Part shown: piece after piece, positions 1 to 9,447 of the stretch
How positions within the stretch are numbered: position 1 is the first letter of the stretch
How the letters are laid out: each line of letters starts with the position of its first letter
Source: Crocinitomicaceae bacterium
GTDB taxonomy: Bacteria > Bacteroidota > Bacteroidia > Flavobacteriales_D > Sanyastnellaceae
DNA length: 64,000 nucleotides
Reading direction: 5' to 3'
NCBI GenBank assembly: GCA_042089915.1
Contig: JBELJZ010000002.1
Location: forward strand, 13,883-77,882
Translations under genes and position numbers: made by a program
The notes under the pieces: model-generated
The model's input: only the letters and a program-made list of their open reading frames with translations
Database searches by the model: none
What the model was told of the DNA's origin: nothing

Positions 1-927
1 GTGGTGAAGTGCACCCCCGATTACTTGACCGTTCGCGACATCATTTCCCGGATCAGTCCGAGAATCAATGCCGCTGGCAGGATGTCGCGCGCTACGGAAG
101 CGGTGGAGCTGCTCACCGCCCGCAACGAAACGCGTGCCAACGAGCTCGCCCTCAACCTCGACCGGCTCAACCAGATTCGCCGCTCCTACGATGCAGAGGT
201 CACGGAAGCCGCGATCCAACAGCTCGCCGAGCGGCCGGATTACGAGCACATCAACATCGTCTGGGGCCAGAATTGGCACCGCGGGGTCATTGGCATTGTC
301 GCTACCCGTCTCGTCGAGCACCGCTATCGGCCCAGCATCGTGATCAGCGATGACGACGGCGTCCTCGTCGGCAGTGCACGCTCCACACCCGGCCTCGACA
401 TCCACGCCCTCATCCGCGAGTGCAAGGAACACCTCATCCAATATGGTGGCCACGCCATGGCGGCGGGCATCACGGTCAAGCCCGGTGAAGCCGAAGCCTT
501 TGCCAAGGCACTGGACGCTGTCGTGGGACGTGAACTTCAAGCGGTCAGCAAACGTGAGCCGCGCCATTTTGACCTCGAAATCGACCTGTCCTTGTGCTCT
601 AAGGACCTGCTGACCCGACTGCGCAAATTCGAACCATTTGGTCCGGGGGCGCCTGCGCCGGTGTTCCTCGCCCGCGATGTGAAGCTTGCCCAAGCCCCCC
701 GCACCGTGGGCAAGGGAGATCGCCACATCCGCATCGCCATGAGCATGGGGAACGGACAGCGCCCGCTGGATGCCGTCGGGTTCGGATTGGGCCACAGGCT
801 CCCGGCCTTGTTGACTGCCGAACGGCTGGACGTGGTCTTCCGCGTCGAAACCGAATGCTATCGGGGCGTGCTTCAACCCCGGATCACCCTACTTGATTTC
901 TGGTCCCACCGTCGGGACGGCCTCTGA
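1..927 (+). CDS. recJ: Single-stranded-DNA-specific exonuclease RecJ, C-terminal ~308 aa (5' end outside window)
   Basis: Frame open from window edge. DHHA1-type motif YGGHAMAAGITV and RecJ C-terminal region FEPFGPGAPAPVFLARDV. Stop TGA 925-927. Confidence 0.8.
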   Translation: MVKCTPDYLTVRDIISRISPRINAAGRMSRATEAVELLTARNETRANELALNLDRLNQIRRSYDAEVTEAAIQQLAERPDYEHINIVWGQNWHRGVIGIVATRLVEHRYRPSIVISDDDGVLVGSARSTPGLDIHALIRECKEHLIQYGGHAMAAGITVKPGEAEAFAKALDAVVGRELQAVSKREPRHFDLEIDLSLCSKDLLTRLRKFEPFGPGAPAPVFLARDVKLAQAPRTVGKGDRHIRIAMSMGNGQRPLDAVGFGLGHRLPALLTAERLDVVFRVETECYRGVLQPRITLLDFWSHRRDGL

Positions 928-2967
928 TCAGCCGGGCTTTCGCACGTCCTCGTCCCGCATGTCGTGCAGGATGGTGCTCTCGAAGTGCCGGGCAAGCAGG
1001 CTGACCCGCTTGGACACCGCCATCTTTTTGCGCAACAGGGCGATTTCCTCGGACTCGGGGTCTTCCGATGTCGACGGGTTCGCCGCCATTTCCTCCAAGC
1101 GCTTCCGGATCCGGTAGCCTTCGCCGCGGGCCTCATCGAGCATGAGGCGGTGCAAGGCCCCTTGCAATGCCGCCTTCAGTTGGTCCTCCTCGGTTTCCGG
1201 CTGGATGCCGTGCCGGTCGAGCCAATTGTTGCTCAAGGTGAATTCGGACACCAACAAGTCCGCAGTCAATTCCATGACATCCGGATCATTCAAGCCCAGA
1301 TCTTCCGCCAGCGGAATGCGCCCGTCCACCATCTCCTCGCGGACATGCTGCACCACGCGGTCCACCACCGGATTGCGGATGGCCAAGCCCAGTGAATCCA
1401 ACTCGTGCATCATGAATTCCGCCAATGCGACTTCAATCGTCGCGGGCTCTCCGTCCTCCGTGGGCTCCGGTGCCTCCACGCCTTCGGGCAACTCCAAGGT
1501 CACCTTGTGCCGGCCGTATTGGAGCAGCAGCCGCAGCAAATCCTTCTCCCTGACCTCGCGGCCCACCTTGCCCGACAGCCGCGGCGCGCCAATGGGCGAA
1601 TCGACTTGCGGCTTCAAGGAGGGCAGGGGCGCCTTGGCTTCCTTTTCCAGTTTCTGGATGGCTTGCCGTCCAAGCTCCCCCAACAGGTCGTCCACCTGCA
1701 TGCCTAGCTGGGTCGCACTTTCTTGGACGTAGATGGTGCGCTTGAGTTCGTCAGGAACCTGTGCGATGCTCTGCACGACACTGCGCACCATGTCCGCCCG
1801 CTTCACGGGGTCGTCTGCGGCCTCCTCCTGCAGCAGGTCGATTTTGAACCGGATAAAATCCAAGCTGTTCTTGGCCAGCCATTCCATCAGGGCCTCCTTG
1901 CCGAGGCGCTTGGCAAACGTGTCCGGATCCTCGCCGTCGGGCAGCACGGCCACCTTGACGTCGAGGCCTTCGCCTAGAACGATATCCACACCGCGAATCG
2001 CCGCCCGAAGTCCGGCGGGGTCGCCGTCGAACAGCATCGTCATCTGCTTGCTGAACCGCCGCAGCAGGCGCACCTGCTCCACCGTCAAAGCCGTGCCGGA
2101 GCTGGCCACCACATTCCGGACGCCCGCCTGGTGCATGGCCATGACATCCGTGTAGCCCTCCACCAGGATGGAGCGGTCCTCCCGCACAATCTCGTTTCGG
2201 GCCTGGTGAATCCCGTAAAGCGCCCGCGACTTGTCGTACAGCGGACTCTCGGGGCTGTTGATGTACTTGGGGGCCTTCTTGTCCGTCTTCAGCGTGCGCC
2301 CGCCAAAGCCGATGACCCGGCCCGTCACATCACGGATCGGAAAAATGACCCGGCCGCGGTAGAAGTCGTACAGGGTGCCGTCGTCGCGGCGCTTGGCCAG
2401 TCCGCTGGTCTCCAGCCACTTGTCCTGATATCCCGCCTTCTTGGCGGCCTCGACCAAGGCGCCGGGTTGGCCCCATGCAGTATCCGGGCAGTATCCAATG
2501 ACAAAGTCGCCGATGATGGCATCTCCAAAACCCCGTTTGCGGAGGTAACCCAGGCCGACGCTCTTGCCTTCCCCGGTCTCCATCAACTGCTCACTGAACC
2601 ACTTCTGGGCCCATGTCGCCAGGTTGGCGAGACTCTCTCGTTCCGTCTTCTCTTCTTGCTCCTCCTGCGTCAGCTGCCGCTCCTGGATCTCAATGCCGTA
2701 TTTGTTGGCCAGCCAGCGCAGCGCCTCCGGGTAAGAGAGCTTTTCGTGCTCCATCAAAAAGGTCACGGCACTGCCGCCCTTGTTGGAGCTGAAGCATTTG
2801 AAAATGCCCTTCCCCGGCACCACGTAGAAGGACGGGGTCTTCTCGTTGGTGAAAGGGCTCAATCCACGCAAGCTCGTCCCGCTCTTCTTGAGCTGGACGA
2901 AATCCGAGACCACGTCTTCAATGACGGTGGCCTGCAGGATGGCGTCGACGGTGTCCTTTGGAATCAT
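928..2967 (-). CDS. dnaG: DNA primase DnaG
   Basis: 679-aa ORF with ATG start. N-terminal zinc-finger region (SPFTNEKTPSFYVVPGKGIFKCFSSNKGG) and TOPRIM core (ILVEGYTDVMAMHQAG, MLFDGDPAG). Confidence 0.95.
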   Translation of the reverse strand: MIPKDTVDAILQATVIEDVVSDFVQLKKSGTSLRGLSPFTNEKTPSFYVVPGKGIFKCFSSNKGGSAVTFLMEHEKLSYPEALRWLANKYGIEIQERQLTQEEQEEKTERESLANLATWAQKWFSEQLMETGEGKSVGLGYLRKRGFGDAIIGDFVIGYCPDTAWGQPGALVEAAKKAGYQDKWLETSGLAKRRDDGTLYDFYRGRVIFPIRDVTGRVIGFGGRTLKTDKKAPKYINSPESPLYDKSRALYGIHQARNEIVREDRSILVEGYTDVMAMHQAGVRNVVASSGTALTVEQVRLLRRFSKQMTMLFDGDPAGLRAAIRGVDIVLGEGLDVKVAVLPDGEDPDTFAKRLGKEALMEWLAKNSLDFIRFKIDLLQEEAADDPVKRADMVRSVVQSIAQVPDELKRTIYVQESATQLGMQVDDLLGELGRQAIQKLEKEAKAPLPSLKPQVDSPIGAPRLSGKVGREVREKDLLRLLLQYGRHKVTLELPEGVEAPEPTEDGEPATIEVALAEFMMHELDSLGLAIRNPVVDRVVQHVREEMVDGRIPLAEDLGLNDPDVMELTADLLVSEFTLSNNWLDRHGIQPETEEDQLKAALQGALHRLMLDEARGEGYRIRKRLEEMAANPSTSEDPESEEIALLRKKMAVSKRVSLLARHFESTILHDMRDEDVRKPG

Positions 2968-2986
2968 GCGGGCGGAAAACGGAAAA

Positions 2987-2994
2987 GCAAGGTA
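2987..2994 (-). promoter_or_regulatory. Putative -7-like promoter box TACCTTGC upstream of dnaG
   Basis: Reverse complement of gcaaggta, 19 nt upstream of the dnaG ATG. Resembles the Bacteroidota TAnnTTTG element. Confidence 0.3.
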
Positions 2995-3026
2995 GCGTCT
3001 CCATTCCAGTCCTCACCCCGCCATGT

Positions 3027-3722
3027 TCAGTCGGCGATGAGTTTGAACCCTTTGCCGTGCACGTTCAGGATTTCCACCCGCTCGTCCTCCTTCAGATGCT
3101 TGCGCAACTTGGCGATGTAGACGTCCATGCTGCGGCCATTGAAGTAATTCGCATCGCCCCAGATGGCGTTGAGCGCGTACTCCCGCTCCAGCAAGGCGTT
3201 CTTGGCCTTGGTCAGCAGGAACAGGAGTTCGTTTTCCTTGGTGGTCAAACGCTGGGCCGCGTCTCCCAGCTTGAGTTCTTGCCGGTTGTAGTCGTAGGCA
3301 TACTTGCCAATCGTCATTTCGCCGACTTCCTCCTCCGTGTCGGGGAGGGCGGCGGACCGACGTAGGATGGCCTCGATGCGGGCCTCGAGTTCGTCCATGG
3401 AGAACGGCTTCGTCATGTAGTCGTCCGCTCCGGCTTTGAAGCCCTGCAGCGTGTCCTCGCGCTGGCTCTTCGCCGTCAGGAACAGGATGGGCACGTGGCG
3501 GTTCAGGCCTCGAATTTCTTCGGCCACCTGGAAGCCGTCCTTGACCGGCATCATCACGTCGAGGATCACGAAATCAAAAGATCCCACGCGGAACTGGCGC
3601 ATGCCTTCCGCCCCGTCTTGGGCCCAGGTGGCGTTGTACCCTTTCCGGATCAAAAAGTCCGACAACAATTTGCCGAGGTTGGGGTCGTCTTCACAGAGGA
3701 GAATGTCGAGCTGTTGTTTCAT
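3027..3722 (-). CDS. OmpR/PhoB-family response regulator
   Basis: 231 aa. Receiver motifs (LLCEDDP, FVILDVMMPVKDG, LTAKS) and winged-helix output (RLTTKENELLFLL, VHGKGFKL). ATG overlaps the kinase stop (ATGA 3719-3722). Confidence 0.9.
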   Translation of the reverse strand: MKQQLDILLCEDDPNLGKLLSDFLIRKGYNATWAQDGAEGMRQFRVGSFDFVILDVMMPVKDGFQVAEEIRGLNRHVPILFLTAKSQREDTLQGFKAGADDYMTKPFSMDELEARIEAILRRSAALPDTEEEVGEMTIGKYAYDYNRQELKLGDAAQRLTTKENELLFLLTKAKNALLEREYALNAIWGDANYFNGRSMDVYIAKLRKHLKEDERVEILNVHGKGFKLIAD

Positions 3723-5035
3723 GATGGCGTCGTTTGGGGGAAAACCAAGGTGAACGTGCTGCCCTCGCCGGCCTCACTCACAACGTCGATTTGCGCGCCA
3801 TGTTGCTGCATCACTGCATGGACATAGCTCAAACCAAGGCCGAAGCCCTTCACGTCGTGGACATTTCCGGTGGGCACTCGATACAGCTTATCAAAAACCT
3901 TGCCCAAATGCTCTTTGGCGATGCCGATGCCATTGTCGGTGAAGGCCACATGCAGGCGGCCCGCGTCATTCCAAGATCGCACGGTCAGCCTCGGTCGGCC
4001 CCCTCCGTACTTGATCGCATTGTCCACGAGGTTGAATACGACGTTCATCAAATGGGTGCGGTCCCCATCGATCAGCGGATTGGTGGCTTTCAGCTGGCTC
4101 GCGGCAGATCCGCCCTGCTTTCGGATGTGGATGGCGTGGTTCCGTAGCACCTCTTCGACGAGGTCGTGGAAGTTGATGCGCTGGCGGTACAATTCCAGCT
4201 CACCTTGATCCAACATGGCAGCGCGCAGGACGTTTTCGACGAGCTGACCCAGGCGCTTGTTTTCGGAGCGGATGAGCTGCACGTAGTAGCGCACATTGTC
4301 AGGGTCACCTGACATCGCAGGGTCGAGCAAGGCCTCCCCTGCCAGTCCAATGGTGGAAATCGGCGTCTTCAGCTCGTGCGTCATGTTGTTGATGAGGTCG
4401 CCCTTGAGCCGGTTCAACCGTTCGGCCTTGCGCAGCCCCGCCGCAGCATATGCGGTGAAGAACACCAGGACGACCATGAGGATGAGGTTGGCGGTCAGCT
4501 GAAGCCACATGTCGCCCGCCAGTACAAGTGCTTTCCTCGGGAAGATCACCGTGTAGAGCTGCACACCTTCGAGTGTCTCGTTCTCGCCGACTGGAATCCG
4601 ATAGCCCGCCTCTGCGAATTGGTCCAGCCAATCGACGTCGTCATCCTGCAGAAAAAGGGGACGGCCATACCGGTCGAGCAGGGCGGAACGGAATTCGAAG
4701 TCCACGTCGCGGTTCCGCAATACGGCCGACAACAAGCTGTCGACCACTGCCATGCTGTACTCCCGCTGGATGGCCGCATCCGCTCGACGCGCTGCCAAGC
4801 TGTCCGCTGCAGGGCCTGTGGCCGGCGCCAACCCTCCAGTTGGAATCGGCGGGAACACCGCCCCCGACAAATCGAGGATGGATTGTACCTCAACGAGTGC
4901 CGTTCGCGCCTGCTCATCAAACAAGGTGGTGCGCGCATCCACCAGGGCCCGAATCCAGCTGAACTGCAGAGCAAGCAGTCCCATCAGGAGGCTGCCCATC
5001 CCAAGGACGAGGACGATGGTTCGACGCTGGCGCAT
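3719..5035 (-). CDS. Sensor histidine kinase (membrane-bound, HisKA + HATPase_c)
   Basis: 438 aa. N-terminal TM, second TM (LILMVVLVFFTAYAAAGL), H-box NMTHELKTPIST, N-box NLVDNAIKYG, G-boxes DNGIGI and GFGLGLSYV. Confidence 0.9.
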   Translation of the reverse strand: MRQRRTIVLVLGMGSLLMGLLALQFSWIRALVDARTTLFDEQARTALVEVQSILDLSGAVFPPIPTGGLAPATGPAADSLAARRADAAIQREYSMAVVDSLLSAVLRNRDVDFEFRSALLDRYGRPLFLQDDDVDWLDQFAEAGYRIPVGENETLEGVQLYTVIFPRKALVLAGDMWLQLTANLILMVVLVFFTAYAAAGLRKAERLNRLKGDLINNMTHELKTPISTIGLAGEALLDPAMSGDPDNVRYYVQLIRSENKRLGQLVENVLRAAMLDQGELELYRQRINFHDLVEEVLRNHAIHIRKQGGSAASQLKATNPLIDGDRTHLMNVVFNLVDNAIKYGGGRPRLTVRSWNDAGRLHVAFTDNGIGIAKEHLGKVFDKLYRVPTGNVHDVKGFGLGLSYVHAVMQQHGAQIDVVSEAGEGSTFTLVFPQTTPS

Positions 5036-5039
5036 GATG

Positions 5040-5047
5040 TAAAATTA
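5040..5047 (-). promoter_or_regulatory. Putative -7-like box TAATTTTA upstream of histidine kinase operon
   Basis: Reverse complement of taaaatta, 4 nt from the kinase ATG. One mismatch to TAnnTTTG. Confidence 0.3.
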
Positions 5048-5077
5048 GGCCTCTGTCCTGCGCAGCCTCGCGCAACC

Positions 5078-5085
5078 TATCTTTG
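5078..5085 (+). promoter_or_regulatory. Putative Bacteroidota -7 promoter box TATCTTTG upstream of prs
   Basis: Exact match to the TAnnTTTG consensus, 17 nt upstream of the prs ATG (5103). The same octamer precedes tRNA-Val(CAC). Confidence 0.45.
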
Positions 5086-5102
5086 CGGCCTTCGAGCAAG
5101 CC

Positions 5103-6047
5103 ATGAACGACTCGCCCATTCGCATTCTCGCAGGTTCAACGTCCAAGGAATTGGGTGCCCGCATTGCCATGGGCTACGGCACACCCCTCGCCGAAGTGAA
5201 GCACACAGTCTTCAGCGACGGCGAGTTCCGGGTGAGCATCGAAGAGACGGTCCGCGGCAAGGAAGTGGTGATCGTACAGAGCACGTACCCGCCCACCGAC
5301 AACCTCTTGGAGCTGCTCATGCTCATCGATGCGGCCAAACGGGCCTCCGCAAAGCGCATCGTGGCCGTCATTCCCTACTTCGGTTTCGCCCGTCAGGATC
5401 GGAAAGACGCCCCCCGTGTGGCCATCGGCGCCAAGCTCATTGCCAACATGCTGACCACCGCCGGCGTGGACCGGGTCATCACCATGGACCTCCACGCCGA
5501 CCAAATTCAAGGCTTCTTTGAAGTGCCGGTGGACCACATTTATGGCAGCGCCATTTTCCTCCCCTACCTCGAGAAGTTGGACACCAACAACCTGCTCATC
5601 GCCACGCCGGATACTGGCGGTACAAAGCGCGCCAACGCCTTCGCCAAATACCTCGGCGTGGACATGGCCATTTGCTACAAGCAACGGAAAGTCGCCAACC
5701 AGGTGGCCAGCATGCGCGTCATCGGTGATGTGGAAGGCAAGGACGTGGTCCTCGTCGACGACATCTGCGACACCGCCGGCACGCTGACCAAAGCCGCTGG
5801 TCTCATGAAAGAACACGGTGCTGCCAGCGTGCGTGCCGTTTGTACCCACCCCGTCCTGTCCGGACCCGCCTATGAGCGGATTGCGGACAGTGCGCTGTCT
5901 GAGCTCGTGGTCACTGACAGCATCCCGCTGCGCGACGACAAGCCCACTGACAAGATCACCGTGCTCGATTGTTCGGACCTCTTCGCCACTGCAGTGCGGT
6001 GCCTTGTCCAGAACGAGAGCATCAGTTCGCATTTTCTCATCACCTAA
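5103..6047 (+). CDS. prs: Ribose-phosphate pyrophosphokinase
   Basis: 314 aa. Diagnostic stretches IPYFGFARQDRK, VITMDLHADQIQGFF and VLVDDICDTAGTL. Confidence 0.95.
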   Translation: MNDSPIRILAGSTSKELGARIAMGYGTPLAEVKHTVFSDGEFRVSIEETVRGKEVVIVQSTYPPTDNLLELLMLIDAAKRASAKRIVAVIPYFGFARQDRKDAPRVAIGAKLIANMLTTAGVDRVITMDLHADQIQGFFEVPVDHIYGSAIFLPYLEKLDTNNLLIATPDTGGTKRANAFAKYLGVDMAICYKQRKVANQVASMRVIGDVEGKDVVLVDDICDTAGTLTKAAGLMKEHGAASVRAVCTHPVLSGPAYERIADSALSELVVTDSIPLRDDKPTDKITVLDCSDLFATAVRCLVQNESISSHFLIT

Positions 6048-6056
6048 ATACACACC

Positions 6057-6683
6057 ATGAAAACTGCTTCATTGAGCGGCTCTCCTCGAGAGGGCGTAGG
6101 GAAGAAGGATGCAGCCGAACTCCGCGCAAAGGGCCAAGTCCCCGGCGTGCTGTACGGCGGCGCCGAGCAGGTTCACTTCCACGTGAACGAAGTCCAACTG
6201 AATAAGTTGGTCTTTACCCCGGACACGTACCGTTTTGCCTTCGAGGTCGGCGGATCCACTTACGACTGCGTCGTACAGGACATCCAATTCCACCCAGTCA
6301 CTGACCGCATCGTCCACATTGATCTGCTCCAGATCCACGCGGACAAGCCCATCCGGGTCAAGCTGCCGGTCACCACGTCCGGCGCTGCCGTGGGTGTGCG
6401 CAATGGTGGTCGTCTTCACCTCGTTTACCGCCGTCTTCCGGTCATCGGCCTCGCCGACAACATTCCGGAGAGCGTGGACGTCGACATCAGCCCCATTGAC
6501 ATCGGAGAGTCCATCCGCGTGGAGGACATCTCCGTCGAAGGCTGTCAAATTCCGTTGAACGAGTCCGCAGTGGTGCTCGGAGTCCGTCGCACGCGTGCCG
6601 CCATGTCTGCTGCTGCAGGCGAGGAGGAAGGTGCAGAAGGCGCTGAGGGCAATGAAGAGGCTGCAGAGGCCGCCGCGGAGTAA
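6057..6683 (+). CDS. rplY: 50S ribosomal protein L25 / general stress protein Ctc
   Basis: 208 aa. LRAKGQVPGVLYGG N-terminus, Ctc-type C-terminal domain and acidic tail. 9 nt after prs. Confidence 0.9.
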   Translation: MKTASLSGSPREGVGKKDAAELRAKGQVPGVLYGGAEQVHFHVNEVQLNKLVFTPDTYRFAFEVGGSTYDCVVQDIQFHPVTDRIVHIDLLQIHADKPIRVKLPVTTSGAAVGVRNGGRLHLVYRRLPVIGLADNIPESVDVDISPIDIGESIRVEDISVEGCQIPLNESAVVLGVRRTRAAMSAAAGEEEGAEGAEGNEEAAEAAAE

Positions 6684-6696
6684 TCAGCACTGACCC

Positions 6697-7260
6697 ATGA
6701 AGTACCTGTTGGTCGGCCTCGGGAATCCCGGAGCCGAGTATGCGCGGACGCGCCACAACATCGGCTTCATGGCACTGGACGCTTTGGCGGAGGCGAGTGG
6801 CGCCGCCTTCAAGGCGGACCGCTTGGGCGACGTGACCCGGTGCAAGCACCGTGGTCGCCAGCTCGTTCTGCTCAAACCATCCACCTTCATGAACCTCAGC
6901 GGCAAGGCCGTCCGCCACTGGCTGGACGCCGAAAAGCTGGGGGTGGACCGCTTGTTGGTGGTGACCGACGACATCCACCTGCCGTTTGGCACCCTGCGTT
7001 TGCGTGGCAAGGGCAGCGATGGCGGACACAATGGCCTCAAGGACATCCAAACGGTGCTCGGCACCTCGAATTATGCCCGTCTGCGCTTTGGCGTCGGGGC
7101 GGACTTCGGACCTGGCCGGCAGGTGGACCATGTTCTTGGCCCATTCAGCAGCGAGGAGGAGGCCAAAATGGACGAGCGCCTCGGCAAGGTATCCGACTTG
7201 ATGCGGTCCTTCGCTTTCGTGGGGCTCCAACGCACCATGAGTGCGTTCAACAACACGTGA
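6697..7260 (+). CDS. pth: Peptidyl-tRNA hydrolase
   Basis: 187 aa. MKYLLVGLGNPGAEYARTRHNIGF and GSDGGHNGLKDI motifs. Confidence 0.95.
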   Translation: MKYLLVGLGNPGAEYARTRHNIGFMALDALAEASGAAFKADRLGDVTRCKHRGRQLVLLKPSTFMNLSGKAVRHWLDAEKLGVDRLLVVTDDIHLPFGTLRLRGKGSDGGHNGLKDIQTVLGTSNYARLRFGVGADFGPGRQVDHVLGPFSSEEEAKMDERLGKVSDLMRSFAFVGLQRTMSAFNNT

Positions 7261-7866
7261 TCACGTCCCGGGATAGGCGTATAGCCCCTTCTGGCGGATG
7301 ACCTCAGCGGCCGCATCCGGAAGCAGGTACCGGGCAGAATCTCCTTGTGCCAAGGCCTCGCGGAGGTACGTGCTCGAGATGCTGATGATCGGCGCAGGGC
7401 TCAACACGATGTGTTCCCCGTCCGGCGCAATGGTGCCTTCAGCATCGCGGTCTTCCCCTTCGGCATACGCCCTGGGATACACCAGGAATCCATAGCGGTC
7501 CACCAATTCACGCCAGCGCGCCCATTGCTGGAGCGTTCGAAGGTTGTCTTCCCCGATGATGATGCGGAACGTCTTGTCGGGATGGCGCTTCACCAAGAAA
7601 TCCATCGTGTAGGCGGTGTAGTTCGGGCGGGGCAATCCGAATTCCACGTCCTCGGCCACCAATCTCGGGTTGTCCGCCACGCTGCGGCGGACCATCTCCA
7701 GTCGGTCGGCCTCCGGCGCCAGCCCGTCCGCCTCCTTCATCGGGTTGTGGGGCGTCACCACAAACCACACCTCGTCCAGCCCGTGGTGGGACGCCATGTG
7801 CTGGGCGATGACCAAATGGCCGGTGTGAATGGGGTTGAACGACCCGAAATACAGTCCGACCGTCAT
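7261..7866 (-). CDS. nadD: Nicotinate-nucleotide adenylyltransferase
   Basis: Start re-called to the ATG at 7866 (MTVGLYFGSFNPIHTGHL), which overlaps the gmk stop as ATGA. The upstream 15 codons of the track ORF are rejected. Confidence 0.9.
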   Translation of the reverse strand: MTVGLYFGSFNPIHTGHLVIAQHMASHHGLDEVWFVVTPHNPMKEADGLAPEADRLEMVRRSVADNPRLVAEDVEFGLPRPNYTAYTMDFLVKRHPDKTFRIIIGEDNLRTLQQWARWRELVDRYGFLVYPRAYAEGEDRDAEGTIAPDGEHIVLSPAPIISISSTYLREALAQGDSARYLLPDAAAEVIRQKGLYAYPGT

Positions 7867-8498
7867 ATGTTGGGCTTTTCCGGACCAAGAAAGTCGGTCG
7901 CCACGTTCCACAGGTCGGACGTCGCCGCATTCAAGTCGCCGTTCACGATGACCGCGTCAAAGTGCACAGCGCGCTCCAATTCACGGCCCGCCTTGGCCAA
8001 CCGGTGCACAATGTCCTCTTCGCTGTCGGTCCCTCGACCGCGCAAACGCGCCTCGAGGATCTCCAGTGAAGGCGGTTGGACAAACACGGTCCGAATCTGG
8101 TTTCCAAGCAGCTCCTTTAATCGGATGCCCCCTTCGACGTCGACATCGAACATGGCGTGTCGGCCGGACGCCCAGATGGACTCCACTGCTGATTTCAGCG
8201 TGCCGTAGAAGCGGCCCTCGTAGACCTCCTCCCACTCCAGGAAATCGCCATTGTTCACGCGTTGCCGAAACGTCTCGGTGTCCAGAAAATGGTAGTCCAC
8301 CCCATCCTGCTCCGTGCCGCGGGGTTCGCGGTTGGTGGCGCTCACGCTGAACGCGAGGTCACTGCGACTTTCCAACAGGCGACGGACCAGGGTGGTCTTG
8401 CCCGCACCGGACGGGGCGCAAAACGCCATGGCCTTCCCAGTGAGGCGAAACCGATCCTGAGCGGGGTTGGATTCCATGGTGGACATGTCGTCGTCCAT
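7863..8498 (-). CDS. gmk: Guanylate kinase
   Basis: 211 aa. P-loop APSGAGKTTLV and guanylate-kinase core (SATNREPRGTEQDGVDYHF). Confidence 0.9.
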   Translation of the reverse strand: MDDDMSTMESNPAQDRFRLTGKAMAFCAPSGAGKTTLVRRLLESRSDLAFSVSATNREPRGTEQDGVDYHFLDTETFRQRVNNGDFLEWEEVYEGRFYGTLKSAVESIWASGRHAMFDVDVEGGIRLKELLGNQIRTVFVQPPSLEILEARLRGRGTDSEEDIVHRLAKAGRELERAVHFDAVIVNGDLNAATSDLWNVATDFLGPEKPNI

Positions 8499-9388
8499 CA
8501 GAGGACGTTGAGGACTTGCTCTTTGACTTTCTCCAACTCGTCCTTCATCTGGACCACAATGCGCTGCATGCCAGCATCCTGGCTCTTGCTGCCGAGCGTG
8601 TTGATTTCCCTGCCGATTTCCTGGGAAATGAAGCCCAATTTCTTGCCCTGTCCCGCATCGGCATCAAGCATCTCGAGGAAGTAGCTACAATTGGCTTCGA
8701 GCCGCACCAGCTCCTCTGTCACATCGAGCTTTTCGAGGTAGAAGATGAGCTCGTGTTCGAACCGGTTCTCGTCGATGCGGTCGCGCGGAATGTCTTCTTC
8801 AATGTGGTCGCGAAGCCGGCCACGGGTGCGAGCGGTGCGGGCCTCCAACAACGGCGCCAGCTCACCCTGCAACGCGCGAATCCTGCCAATGCGCTGGCGA
8901 AAATCGCCCTCGAGGACCGCGCCCTCCTGGGTGCGGTATTCAACGAATTGCGCCGTGGCCGAGGTCACGAGGGCGCGCAAGGCCTCCCATTCCCCTTCCT
9001 CCAACGCATCCTTGGACGCACTGACCGCGTCGGGGAAGCGCAAGGCGGACTGCATCTTCTGCAATTGGCCCTCCACGTGGCTGGCGGGAATGCCATTGGC
9101 CGCGAACAACGGGGACAATTGGTCCACGTATTGCTGGACCAAGCCGGTGTTGACCTCGTGGCGGACATCGGATGCGTCCGACTCGAAGTGAATCAGCAAG
9201 TCGCTCTTCCCGCGGCCCACCGCCTGGCCCACCTGCTTTCGCAGCGCCATTTCGTGGGGACGGAAGCGGGACGGCATCCGCACGGACAGGTCCAGCCCCT
9301 TGCCGTTCAGCGATCGGACTTCCACCGTGTATTTCCGCGCTCCGATGTGCGCCTCGGCCTTTCCGTAGCCGGTCATGGACAGGATCAT
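8498..9388 (-). CDS. yicC: YicC-family stress-induced protein
   Basis: ATG at 9388 gives MILSMTGYGKAE. C-terminal GFISQEIGREINTLGSKS is typical of YicC. The first 105 codons of the 401-aa track ORF are judged non-coding. Confidence 0.85.
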   Translation of the reverse strand: MILSMTGYGKAEAHIGARKYTVEVRSLNGKGLDLSVRMPSRFRPHEMALRKQVGQAVGRGKSDLLIHFESDASDVRHEVNTGLVQQYVDQLSPLFAANGIPASHVEGQLQKMQSALRFPDAVSASKDALEEGEWEALRALVTSATAQFVEYRTQEGAVLEGDFRQRIGRIRALQGELAPLLEARTARTRGRLRDHIEEDIPRDRIDENRFEHELIFYLEKLDVTEELVRLEANCSYFLEMLDADAGQGKKLGFISQEIGREINTLGSKSQDAGMQRIVVQMKDELEKVKEQVLNVL

Positions 9389-9391
9389 GCC

Positions 9392-9399
9392 GCAAAATA
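9392..9399 (-). promoter_or_regulatory. Putative -7-like box TATTTTGC upstream of yicC
   Basis: Reverse complement of gcaaaata, only 3 nt from the yicC ATG. Confidence 0.35.
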
Positions 9400-9439
9400 C
9401 AGCGGTGACCCCGGCCCACCTCCCACAGGATCGAGGAGG

Positions 9440-9447
9440 TAACTTCG
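9440..9447 (+). promoter_or_regulatory. Putative -7-like box TAACTTCG upstream of polyprenyl synthase
   Basis: TAnnTTCG variant, 4 nt from the ATG at 9452. Confidence 0.35.
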
